From an uncultured Chloroflexia bacterium (lineage in GTDB: Bacteria; Chloroflexota; Limnocylindria; Limnocylindrales; CSP1-4), in contig CAWHRB010000002.1 in NCBI GenBank assembly GCA_963831715.1, positions 225,338-289,337 on the forward strand: 64,000 nucleotides of DNA, in the 5' to 3' direction. Under the pieces are notes generated by a model. It ran no database searches, was not told where the DNA came from, and worked only from the letters and a program-made list of their open reading frames with translations. The first letter of the stretch is position 1. Each line of letters starts with the position of its first letter. This document shows, piece after piece, positions 17,710-25,302 of this stretch. A program made the position numbers and the translations under genes.

Positions 17710-18574
17710 GGTGGATCTCGCGATCGGGGGCCTCATGAGCGGGGGCTTGGTCGATCAACAGGGCGTCCCGAGCGAGGCACGTGTCCCGCTCGCCGCCCTC
17801 GGCGTAGAGGATCCGGAGCGTCGCCCGGCGGCCAGGCGGTCCGTGCCGGTTGTGCGCGACGAGCGCCTCGGTCCGTTGCCCGACGACGTCACGCCCGAGA
17901 CGCACCCACGACCGGCGCGCCAGCTCGAGTCGGATGCCGGTCGACTCGGCGACCGCGGTCGCCAGACCGCCAGCGAGCCCCGGCGCATCGAGGATCAGCA
18001 GCAGCGTCTCCGCGCGCCGCGCGAGCGCCGCGAGCCGATGCAGCCGGTCACCGATCCTCGACGGCGTGTCGGTCCGAGCCAGTCGGCCGCCGGGCAGGTC
18101 GAGGACCAGCAGGTCGACCGAGCGGCCGGCGAGCAGGCTGCCCGCGATCGACAGGCCCTCGTCGAGGCTGGCCGGCGTGATGACGACGAGCCAGTCGAGA
18201 TCGACCCCGCGCGCGACGGCCTCGACCGGGTCGAAGCTCCGCGACAGGTCGAGCCAGGCCACGACCGACCCCTGTGCCTGGGCCTCCGCGGCGACCCGGA
18301 GGCTCAGGGTGGTGCGGCCGCTCGTACCCTCGCCGCGGATCGCGACGCTGGCCGATCTCGGCAGACCACCCGGGCCGAGGATGGCATCGAGCGCCGCGAA
18401 GCCGGTGCGGATGACCCGCTCGTCGGGTCGGGGGTCGTACTGTGGCTGGACGTCTTCGACCGGGTCGGGCGCGGGCGCCAGGGCCAGCGCGCCGATGACC
18501 CCCGGAGCTGCGGCACCCCAGCGCGCCCGGAGGCCCGCAACAGCAGCATCCACATCACCCCGCCCGGTCGACAT
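17507..18574 (-). CDS. imuA: ImuA' (RecA/SulA-fold mutasome protein).
   Basis: FAALDAILGPGGLPRSASVAIRGEGTSGRTTLSLRVAAEAQAQGSVVAWLD is a RecA-like P-loop region. It is the first gene after a LexA box. The long low-complexity C-terminus overlaps imuB. Confidence 0.8.
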   Translation of the reverse strand: MSTGRGDVDAAVAGLRARWGAAAPGVIGALALAPAPDPVEDVQPQYDPRPDERVIRTGFAALDAILGPGGLPRSASVAIRGEGTSGRTTLSLRVAAEAQAQGSVVAWLDLSRSFDPVEAVARGVDLDWLVVITPASLDEGLSIAGSLLAGRSVDLLVLDLPGGRLARTDTPSRIGDRLHRLAALARRAETLLLILDAPGLAGGLATAVAESTGIRLELARRSWVRLGRDVVGQRTEALVAHNRHGPPGRRATLRILYAEGGERDTCLARDALLIDQAPAHEAPDREIHHATAAPVPAAPATPSGVGPTLRALPDRSARAGRSTVGPGTGHRRRPDRPGARRPAGDAARKRASTRP

Positions 18575-18584
18575 CGGACGCCGA

Positions 18585-18600
18585 TAATAGAACAGATGTT
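18585..18600. promoter_or_regulatory. LexA (Cheo-type) SOS box TAGAACAGATGTTCTA, fused to the imuA' -10 element.
   Basis: On the minus strand the sequence reads TAGAACATCTGTTCTATTATcggcgtccgATG. This is GAAC-N4-GTTC, then TATTAT, then 9 nt, then the imuA' ATG, which implies a leaderless transcript. Confidence 0.8.
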
Positions 18601-18642
18601 CTAGTCAGGCAAGGGCGAAATCGACTGACGCGGCAGCATCGA

Positions 18643-18846
18643 CTTGCATCGGATGCAAGCAACGCGACCAGCCCGCAGATCGACACTGACCTGCATGCGC
18701 CGGGCGCAGCATCGGATGCCGTTTCGGCGACCACGTGGGACCAACATGCCATTCCAGTGATCGATCGCGGGCACGTTCCGACATCTGATGACGTCTCGGC
18801 GACCACTTCCCCCCCAGATACGTCATGTGCTTGCATCCGATGCGAG
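18643..18846. promoter_or_regulatory. Array of three CTTGCATC-N-GATGCAAG-type palindromes in the imuA'/response-regulator intergenic region.
   Basis: 18643..18659 cttgcatcggatgcaag is a perfect 8-1-8 palindrome. 18709..18719 gcatcggatgc. 18830..18846 cttgcatccgatgcgag. tcggcgaccac is also repeated, at 18722 and 18793. Confidence 0.5.
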
Positions 18847-18934
18847 CTGACCCGGCCGAACCGGCGTCAGATGCCGGGTCCGCGACGACCCGCGTCACGT
18901 GATCGACACGGCCGAGCCGTAGCCTCGGCCTACC

Positions 18935-19678
18935 ATGCTCGTGATGCCCACCCAGGCCCCCGACCAGGCGATCCCGACCGCGCCGATCCTCGTCGTCGAC
19001 GACGACGCCAAGATCGTCCGCCTGGTCCGGACCTACCTGGAGCGCGACGGCTTCAGCGTCGTGACGGCTGCGGACGGGCCTGCAGCGCTCGACGCGATCG
19101 AGACGCACGCACCGGCGCTCGTCGTCCTCGACCTGATGCTTCCCGAGCTGGACGGACGTGCGGTCATCCGCGCCGTCCGTCGGGATGAGGAAGCCGGGCG
19201 AACGCCGATCCTGGTCCTGTCTGCCCGCAGCTCGACCATCGACCGAATCGCCGGCCTCGAGGATGGGGCAGACGACTACCTGCCCAAGCCGTTCTCCCCG
19301 GCAGAGCTCGTCCTGCGCGTGAAGTCGATCCTCCGACGGACCGCGGCGACTGCCGCGCCGGACCGTCCCGGGCCGACCATCCGCCACGGCGACCTCACCA
19401 TCGACCCCGCCCGGCACGAGGTCCGCCGCGGCGACACGCCCGTCGACCTGACCCGTGTCGAGTTCAAGCTCCTCTCGGCGATCCTCGCCGCCGACGGCCG
19501 CGTCCTGTCGCGAGACCAGTTGCTCGACGCGGTCTACGGCCACGAGTCGACCGACATCCTCGACCGCACGATCGACGTCCATATCCGCCGGCTCCGCGAC
19601 AAGCTCGACGACGATCCCGATGCACCTCGCTACGTCCAGACGGTCCGCGGCGTCGGCTACAGGGCGGCGAGGTCGTGA
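18935..19678 (+). CDS. OmpR-family two-component response regulator.
   Basis: Receiver-domain motifs ILVVDDD, LVVLDLMLPELDG and ADDYLPKPF, followed by the winged-helix region VEFKLLSAIL...TVRGVGYR. Confidence 0.92.
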   Translation: MLVMPTQAPDQAIPTAPILVVDDDAKIVRLVRTYLERDGFSVVTAADGPAALDAIETHAPALVVLDLMLPELDGRAVIRAVRRDEEAGRTPILVLSARSSTIDRIAGLEDGADDYLPKPFSPAELVLRVKSILRRTAATAAPDRPGPTIRHGDLTIDPARHEVRRGDTPVDLTRVEFKLLSAILAADGRVLSRDQLLDAVYGHESTDILDRTIDVHIRRLRDKLDDDPDAPRYVQTVRGVGYRAARS

Positions 19679-19700
19679 ACCGCCGCGCGATGCCTCCGCC

Positions 19701-20768
19701 GTGATCGGCCGCGGGATCGCGACGCGGATCGCGCTCGCGGCGATCGCGAGTGCCGCGGTCGGCCTGTTGATCCTCGGGGTCGGGGTCGCCGTGGTGGGCG
19801 CCGAGGTCTTCACCGCGCTGATGATGGAACTGGGCGATTCCGCCGAGCACGCCCGCGACATGTACGACGACTCCGTCACGACCGTGGTCGTCGCTGCCTC
19901 CGTGGTCGCGGTGCTGGCCAGCGTCGGGCTTGCCCTCGTTCTCGCCCGCATGCTGACCCGTCCGCTGCGCGAGATCGGCGGCGCAGCGCGCCGGATCGCC
20001 GACGGTGACTACGCCGCGCGAGTCCCCCGCGAGGGACCCGAGGAGCTGGCCAGCCTGGCCGATTCGTTCAACCAGATGGCCGCCTCGCTGGAGCGGCAGG
20101 AAGCGATGCGACGGGACTTCATCGCCAACGCGGCCCATGAGCTACGAACACCGCTGACGAATCTGCAGGGCTATCTCGAGGCGCTGCGAGATGGCGTCAT
20201 CACGGCCGACCGGGCCACGTATGAATCGCTCCACGAGGAGGCGGATCGACTCGTCCGCCTGTCACGCGACCTCGATGCGCTGGCCGAGGGTGATGCCGAC
20301 ACGAGCCCGCCCCAGCTGGTCGACCTCGACCTCGCGGCGGCGATCCGCTCGGCCCTCGACCTCGCCGCGCCATCCATCGAACGAGCCGGCCTGCGGATCG
20401 ATGCCAGCGGCGTCCCCGCTTCCCTCCCCGCCCGCGCCGATCCCGATCGATTCGCCCAGGTCCTGGCCAATCTGCTATCCAATGCCGCGCGGTACACACC
20501 GGCGGGTGGCGAGGTCGCGGTCAAGGCGGAACGCCGGCCGGCGGATGTCCTGGTGACCGTCGCCAACACGGGCGACGCGATCCCGGCAGACGAGCTCGAC
20601 CGCGTCTTCGAACGCTTCTACCGCGTCGAGAAGTCGCGCGACCGGGCACGCGGCGGCGCCGGCATCGGGCTGGCCATCGTCAAGCAGATCGTGGAGGGGG
20701 CCGGTGGCCGAGTCGGTGCCGAGTCAGGCGACGGTCAGACGCGCTTCTGGTTCAGCCTGCCGGCCTGA
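19701..20768 (+). CDS. Sensor histidine kinase with transmembrane segments, HAMP, HisKA and HATPase_c domains.
   Basis: GTG at 19701, in frame with ORF 19455. Motifs FIANAAHELRTPLT (H-box), LLSNAARYTPAGG and GGAGIGLAIVKQIVEGAGGRV. Confidence 0.88.
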   Translation: MIGRGIATRIALAAIASAAVGLLILGVGVAVVGAEVFTALMMELGDSAEHARDMYDDSVTTVVVAASVVAVLASVGLALVLARMLTRPLREIGGAARRIADGDYAARVPREGPEELASLADSFNQMAASLERQEAMRRDFIANAAHELRTPLTNLQGYLEALRDGVITADRATYESLHEEADRLVRLSRDLDALAEGDADTSPPQLVDLDLAAAIRSALDLAAPSIERAGLRIDASGVPASLPARADPDRFAQVLANLLSNAARYTPAGGEVAVKAERRPADVLVTVANTGDAIPADELDRVFERFYRVEKSRDRARGGAGIGLAIVKQIVEGAGGRVGAESGDGQTRFWFSLPA

Positions 20769-20811
20769 GCCAGGGCTCGCGCACACCCCCGAGACTCCCG
20801 ACGAGGACTGA

Positions 20812-21720
20812 CTACGGCAGCCCGATCGCGATCATCCCGACGAGGATGCCGCCCAGGCCGACCCACTGGATCGGCCGGAGACGCTCTCCCAGCAGCGCGA
20901 CGGCGACGACGATCGTGACCGCCGGGCCGAACGACGAGGCGAGACCAACGAGCCACGTCTCGGCATGCTCGAGGCCGTAGGCGAACGACGCCAGGCCGAC
21001 GATGTCGAGGACGCCGGACAGGACCACGAAGCCGATCACGCGGGCGTCAGCGCGACCCGCGCCGTCGTCGCCCGGGGCGCCCTCGATCATCGGCGCCGCC
21101 AGACGCCGGAACATGGTCGTGGCAACGATCAGCACGATGACCGAAAGGATCGCGTTTGCCGTGCGGGCGACGACGACGACCTCGAACCATGGCGCCCGGT
21201 CTATGACGATGTCGCTCGTGATCGTCATCGTGGCGAACAGGATCAGGGCGACGACCGCGAAGGCGACGCCGGGACTGGCGAAGCGCGTGTTCCGCCAGCC
21301 GTGCTCGAAGGCGATCCCGGTCAGCACCACGCCGGTCGTAGCGACCGCGGCGCCGATGGCCTGGAGCGGGGTCAGCGTCTCGCCTCGGATGACCACGGCG
21401 AGCACAACGGTGAGACCGCCATACGCCGCGACCATCCCGCTGACGACGGCGATCGGGCCGATCCGCAGTCCGGTGAAATAGGTCAGGTAGGCGCCCGCGC
21501 CGAAGAGCCCGACCAGCGCACCGCCCGCCAGCACGAACGGATCATCGGACAGCGGCGTGCCCGTCGCGATCGCCGCGATCCAGACGAGGACGGCGCCGAC
21601 CAGCTGCATCCCGGTCGTGACCCGCAGGCTGCCGATCCGCCGGCTCGCGAGCGCCGAGAAGAGATCGAGCGTACCCCACGAGATAGCGGCGCCGAGTCCG
21701 GTCAACAGGCCGATGGGCAT
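20812..21720 (-). CDS. EamA/DMT-family transporter.
   Basis: Ten hydrophobic helices arranged as a duplicated EamA-like protein, 302 aa. Confidence 0.8.
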   Translation of the reverse strand: MPIGLLTGLGAAISWGTLDLFSALASRRIGSLRVTTGMQLVGAVLVWIAAIATGTPLSDDPFVLAGGALVGLFGAGAYLTYFTGLRIGPIAVVSGMVAAYGGLTVVLAVVIRGETLTPLQAIGAAVATTGVVLTGIAFEHGWRNTRFASPGVAFAVVALILFATMTITSDIVIDRAPWFEVVVVARTANAILSVIVLIVATTMFRRLAAPMIEGAPGDDGAGRADARVIGFVVLSGVLDIVGLASFAYGLEHAETWLVGLASSFGPAVTIVVAVALLGERLRPIQWVGLGGILVGMIAIGLP

Positions 21721-21828
21721 CGACGGAGCCTAGGTGCGGGCGGCCATCGTTGTTCTCGGGTCGCGTGCGGCGCGACATGGTCGAGGGGTCGGGGCGGAAG
21801 GGACCCCGTGCTACACTCGAAGACCCGT

Positions 21829-21904
21829 GGGGATGTAGCTCAGCTGGGAGAGCACCGCGTTCGCATCGCGGGGGTCAGGGGTTCGAGTCCCCTCATCTCC
21901 ACCA
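21829..21904 (+). tRNA. tRNA-Ala (anticodon CGC).
   Basis: Cloverleaf GGGGATG-TA-GCTC...GAGC-A-CCGCG-TTCGCAT-CGCGG-GGGTC-AGGGG-TTCGAGT-CCCCT-CATCTCC-ACCA, with the G3:U70 alanine identity pair. TGCTACACT (-10) lies 10 nt upstream. Confidence 0.93.
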
Positions 21905-21944
21905 TCCCGACGTCATGCTTCGGTCGTCCATGGGAGGGGCCCGG

Positions 21945-22307
21945 ATGTCGATCGTCGCCACGGGTCTTGTCGTCCTGGTGGCTCTGATCCATGCCTACAT
22001 CCTCGTGCTCGAGATGTTCCTGTGGCAGACGCCGCGCGGTCTCAAGGCGTTCGGCACGACGCCCGATCAGGCAGCCGCGATGGCAACGCTCGCCGCGAAC
22101 CAGGGCCTGTACAACGGGTTCCTGGCTGCCGGTCTCGGCCTCAGCCTGGTGCTACCCGAGCCCAGCGCCTTCTACTTCAAGGTGTTCTTCCTCGGCTGCG
22201 TGATCGTCGCAGGCCTGTACGGCGGGCTGACGGTGTCGCGCAGGATCCTGGTCGTCCAGGCCCTCCCTGCCGCCCTCGCCCTGGGTGCCGTCCTCCTCGC
22301 CAGCTGA
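21945..22307 (+). CDS. DUF1304-family small membrane protein.
   Basis: GGGAGGGG SD precedes the ATG at 21945. MSIVATGLVVLVALIHAYILVLEMFLWQTPRGLKAFG... Confidence 0.65.
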   Translation: MSIVATGLVVLVALIHAYILVLEMFLWQTPRGLKAFGTTPDQAAAMATLAANQGLYNGFLAAGLGLSLVLPEPSAFYFKVFFLGCVIVAGLYGGLTVSRRILVVQALPAALALGAVLLAS

Positions 22308-22332
22308 CAAGGGCCGACGCGTGTTGACCACG

Positions 22333-23610
22333 ATGCGTGCCCGCGACCCGCATGAGGCGCACCGGGTCGCGACGCCGCTGGAGCTCCTGTTCGACCTAAC
22401 CTTCGTGGTCGCCGTGGCCGCGGTGGTAGCGGAGCTCGCCCACGCGATCGTCGATGGCCACCCAGCCGAGGGACTCGTCGGCTATCTCGTCGTCTTCTTC
22501 GCGATCTGGTGGGCGTGGATGAACTTCACCTGGTTCGCGTCTGCGTTCGACTGTGACGATGCCTTCTACCGGATCCTCACCATGGTCCAGATGGTCGGCG
22601 TGCTCGTCCTCGCGAGCGGTATCGCGCCATTCTTCGAGCGCTCCGAGTTCGGGATCGGTGTCCTCGGCTACGTCCTGATGCGGATCGCCCTCGTGACCCA
22701 GTGGCTCAGGGTGGCGCGGTCGGTCCCCGAGTACCGGGACACGGCCCTGCGCTACGCGATCCCGATCGCCGCGGTCCAGCTTCTGTGGATCGTCAGGCTG
22801 GCGCTGCCGTACCCCTTCTCGACAGTGGCATTCCTGGCGCTGATCGGCGTCGAGTTGTTGATCCCGTGGTTCGCGGAGCGCCGAACGATGACGCCGTGGA
22901 ATGCCCACCACATCGCCGAGCGCTACGGGCTGTTCACGATCATCGTCCTCGGCGAAAGCGTGCTGGCCGCGACGACGGCGATCCTCGTCGCCCGGTCCGA
23001 GACCGGGTTGTCACTCGAACTCGTCGGCGTCGCCATCTCGGGCCTCGTCCTGCTGTTCGCTTGCTGGTGGCTGTACTTCCTGGAATCCGACGCGCATCGG
23101 CTCGCCACTCGTCGGGACCTCGCCCTCGGCTGGGGCTACGGCCACTACTTCGTGTTCGCCTCCCTTGCCGCGATCGGCGCCGGCATCGAGGTGACGGTGG
23201 AGGCGGTCAGCCACGAGGTGGTGGCCTCGCCGCTGCTGGTCGGGTACAGCGTCGCGGCACCGCTGGCCATCTTCCTCGCGGTCCGCTACGCGCTCTATGC
23301 CAGGATCGGGGGTGACCGCCTGGTCCGGCTGCGCGTCATCGCCGGAGAGGTCGGGGTCGTGCTGGCCATCCCGCTGGCGAGCGTCGCGCTGCCACCGCCC
23401 GCGGTGATCGCCCTGCTCGCCGCTGCGGCGGCCGGGCTGATCGTCTTCAAGTCGTACCGCTACGGCCTGATACGTCATGGTGAAGGCGGGGATACGCGGC
23501 CGGTGAGCGGACCTCGCCAGGATGCGGGGCATGAAGTCGTCGAAGGCGCGGACATCGGCCAAGGACGAACGCCGGAGTCGTCGGAAACAGAAGCAGCGTC
23601 GACGACCTGA
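22333..23610 (+). CDS. LtrA (low-temperature-requirement A) family membrane protein.
   Basis: MRARDPHEAHRVATPLELLFDLTFVVAV is a typical LtrA N-terminus. The protein is multi-pass, with an internal ERYGLFTIIVLGES motif. Confidence 0.8.
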   Translation: MRARDPHEAHRVATPLELLFDLTFVVAVAAVVAELAHAIVDGHPAEGLVGYLVVFFAIWWAWMNFTWFASAFDCDDAFYRILTMVQMVGVLVLASGIAPFFERSEFGIGVLGYVLMRIALVTQWLRVARSVPEYRDTALRYAIPIAAVQLLWIVRLALPYPFSTVAFLALIGVELLIPWFAERRTMTPWNAHHIAERYGLFTIIVLGESVLAATTAILVARSETGLSLELVGVAISGLVLLFACWWLYFLESDAHRLATRRDLALGWGYGHYFVFASLAAIGAGIEVTVEAVSHEVVASPLLVGYSVAAPLAIFLAVRYALYARIGGDRLVRLRVIAGEVGVVLAIPLASVALPPPAVIALLAAAAAGLIVFKSYRYGLIRHGEGGDTRPVSGPRQDAGHEVVEGADIGQGRTPESSETEAASTT

Positions 23611-24253
23611 CGGGCTGCGGCTCCATCCGCTCGGCGGTACGTTCGAGCCGGGACTCGCCGACCGGATCCTTGCGGCGTTCGAGGGCTTCGACCCGAGCGG
23701 ACCGTGGTCGTCGGTGGCGCCGAGGATCGTCCCCGTGCTCAAGCGCGTCAATCACCCGTACCCAGCGGAGATGGCGCCGCTGCACATCCGGGTGCCGCCT
23801 GGCGTGTGGACCGGCTTCGGGATCGATCTCGGCCCGGCGTTCTCGCACGTCAGCCAGATGCTCCTCGACGGTTGGGGTATCGACCACGCGACGCTGCTCG
23901 GCACCGCGCTCGAGAACCTCACGGCGCTGGTCCGTCGGGAAGCGCCGGTGATCGACACGATCCCCATCGACGGTATCGAGGTCACCGCCATCCAGGGGCA
24001 GGGCTGGGGCTCGTCGCTGATCCTCGTACCGGACGTGCTGCGCCCGATACTCGGCCCGACGCCGCGCATCCTGCTGGCACCGGTCCGCAACACGTTGGTG
24101 GCACTCCCGGACGACGTCGACGACGACCTCGCGGTCGACCTGTGGCACGCCATCGCCGACGGCGCCCACGACGAGCTCGACGTGGAGCCGCTGCGCTGGA
24201 CCGGGTCGACCGTGGCGTCACTCGGTGATGCCACGACCGGGCTGCCGAACTAG
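23531..24253 (+). CDS. Hypothetical protein with a basic N-terminus; the start is uncertain.
   Basis: ORF with coding-like composition, convergent with the YgjP gene. No family recognised. Confidence 0.4.
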   Translation: MKSSKARTSAKDERRSRRKQKQRRRPDGLRLHPLGGTFEPGLADRILAAFEGFDPSGPWSSVAPRIVPVLKRVNHPYPAEMAPLHIRVPPGVWTGFGIDLGPAFSHVSQMLLDGWGIDHATLLGTALENLTALVRREAPVIDTIPIDGIEVTAIQGQGWGSSLILVPDVLRPILGPTPRILLAPVRNTLVALPDDVDDDLAVDLWHAIADGAHDELDVEPLRWTGSTVASLGDATTGLPN

Positions 24254-25011
24254 CCGTCGATCAGCGCGCGGTGGAGCTCGGTCGAATGGTCGTGGAGCCA
24301 GCGGCGCCAGATCCGATGGTCGGGACGGCGCGAGGCGACGAGCGCCCAGAACCGCGGACCGTGGCCGAACACCTTCAGATGCGCCAGCTCGTGGCAGACG
24401 ACGGTCTCGAGTGCCTCGGGTGGAGCGAGGATCAATCGCCAGGAGAACGACAGCCGTTCGGTCCGTGAGGCACTGCCCCAACGGGTCCGCGGGTCACGCA
24501 GGGTGACCGCTGCCGGTCGGACCCCCATCGCTTCGCCGATGTCGGCGACGCAGCCCTCGATCTCCCGGCGCGCCTCGACGCGCAGCCATGCCTCGAGGAT
24601 GGCGGCGTCCGAACGACGGTCCGCCGCAACACGGTGGATGACCAGCTCGTCGACGAACGGCGCGACGTCGGAGCGCCGGATACCGGAGACCGCCGGCACG
24701 ACCCGGATCCGGCACAGGCGGCCGCGGAACGGGATGACGCCCCCGTGCCGGGCGCCACCTCTCGTGGCGAGCTCGCGGTCGACGTCCGCTTGGCGAGCGA
24801 GATGTTTGCGCAGCCACGGCTCGCGTTCCGCCAGGAACGCCACTGCGCGGCGCTCGTGTTCTGGTCGGACGGTGTGCGCCGGGACCGTCACGACGACGCC
24901 CCGCTCCGGATGGATGACCACCCGCACGACCCGCGCCCGCGGCGAGCGTCGCAACGTATACGGGAGGGGCCCGCCCGGCAGGTCGGCGATGGCGGTGGCC
25001 TCCCACGTCAC
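24250..25011 (-). CDS. YgjP-like (DUF45 / SprT-like) metal-dependent hydrolase.
   Basis: C-terminal HELAHLKVFGHGPRFWALV zinc-binding motif. Confidence 0.8.
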   Translation of the reverse strand: MTWEATAIADLPGGPLPYTLRRSPRARVVRVVIHPERGVVVTVPAHTVRPEHERRAVAFLAEREPWLRKHLARQADVDRELATRGGARHGGVIPFRGRLCRIRVVPAVSGIRRSDVAPFVDELVIHRVAADRRSDAAILEAWLRVEARREIEGCVADIGEAMGVRPAAVTLRDPRTRWGSASRTERLSFSWRLILAPPEALETVVCHELAHLKVFGHGPRFWALVASRRPDHRIWRRWLHDHSTELHRALIDG

Positions 25012-25100
25012 GAGCGGATGATGCCATGCAGCAGGGGACGGACGGGTCGGTCGGTGCCGAGGGCCGGGCGGGTCGGCCGATGCTACAATCCGCGCTCCGT

Positions 25101-25176
25101 GGGGCTATAGCTCAGCTGGAAGAGCACCTGCATGGCATGCAGGGGGTCCGGGGTTCGAGTCCCCGTAGCTCCACCA
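25101..25176 (+). tRNA. tRNA-Ala (anticodon GGC).
   Basis: GGGGCTA...CCTGC-ATGGCAT-GCAGG...TAGCTCC-ACCA with G3:U70. An extended -10 TGCTACAAT lies 10 nt upstream. A GC hairpin follows at about 25196..25222. Confidence 0.93.
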
Positions 25177-25302
25177 GACTGACGAGGCCGCCGACCATCA
25201 CCCCTCGCCGACGGCGGGGGGTGAACCGTATCCGGCGGCGAGCGCACGGAGCAGTGCGGAGCGAACCGAAGATGGGGCTCCGCTGAGAGGCTCAAACACG
25301 TC

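Noticed and set aside
21700-25300. tRNA-Ala genes as integration sites of a genomic island or prophage.
   Set aside because: No integrase, recombinase, direct-repeat copy of the tRNA 3' end, or compositional shift was found nearby. The flanking genes (EamA, DUF1304, LtrA, YgjP, leuS) look like ordinary chromosome.
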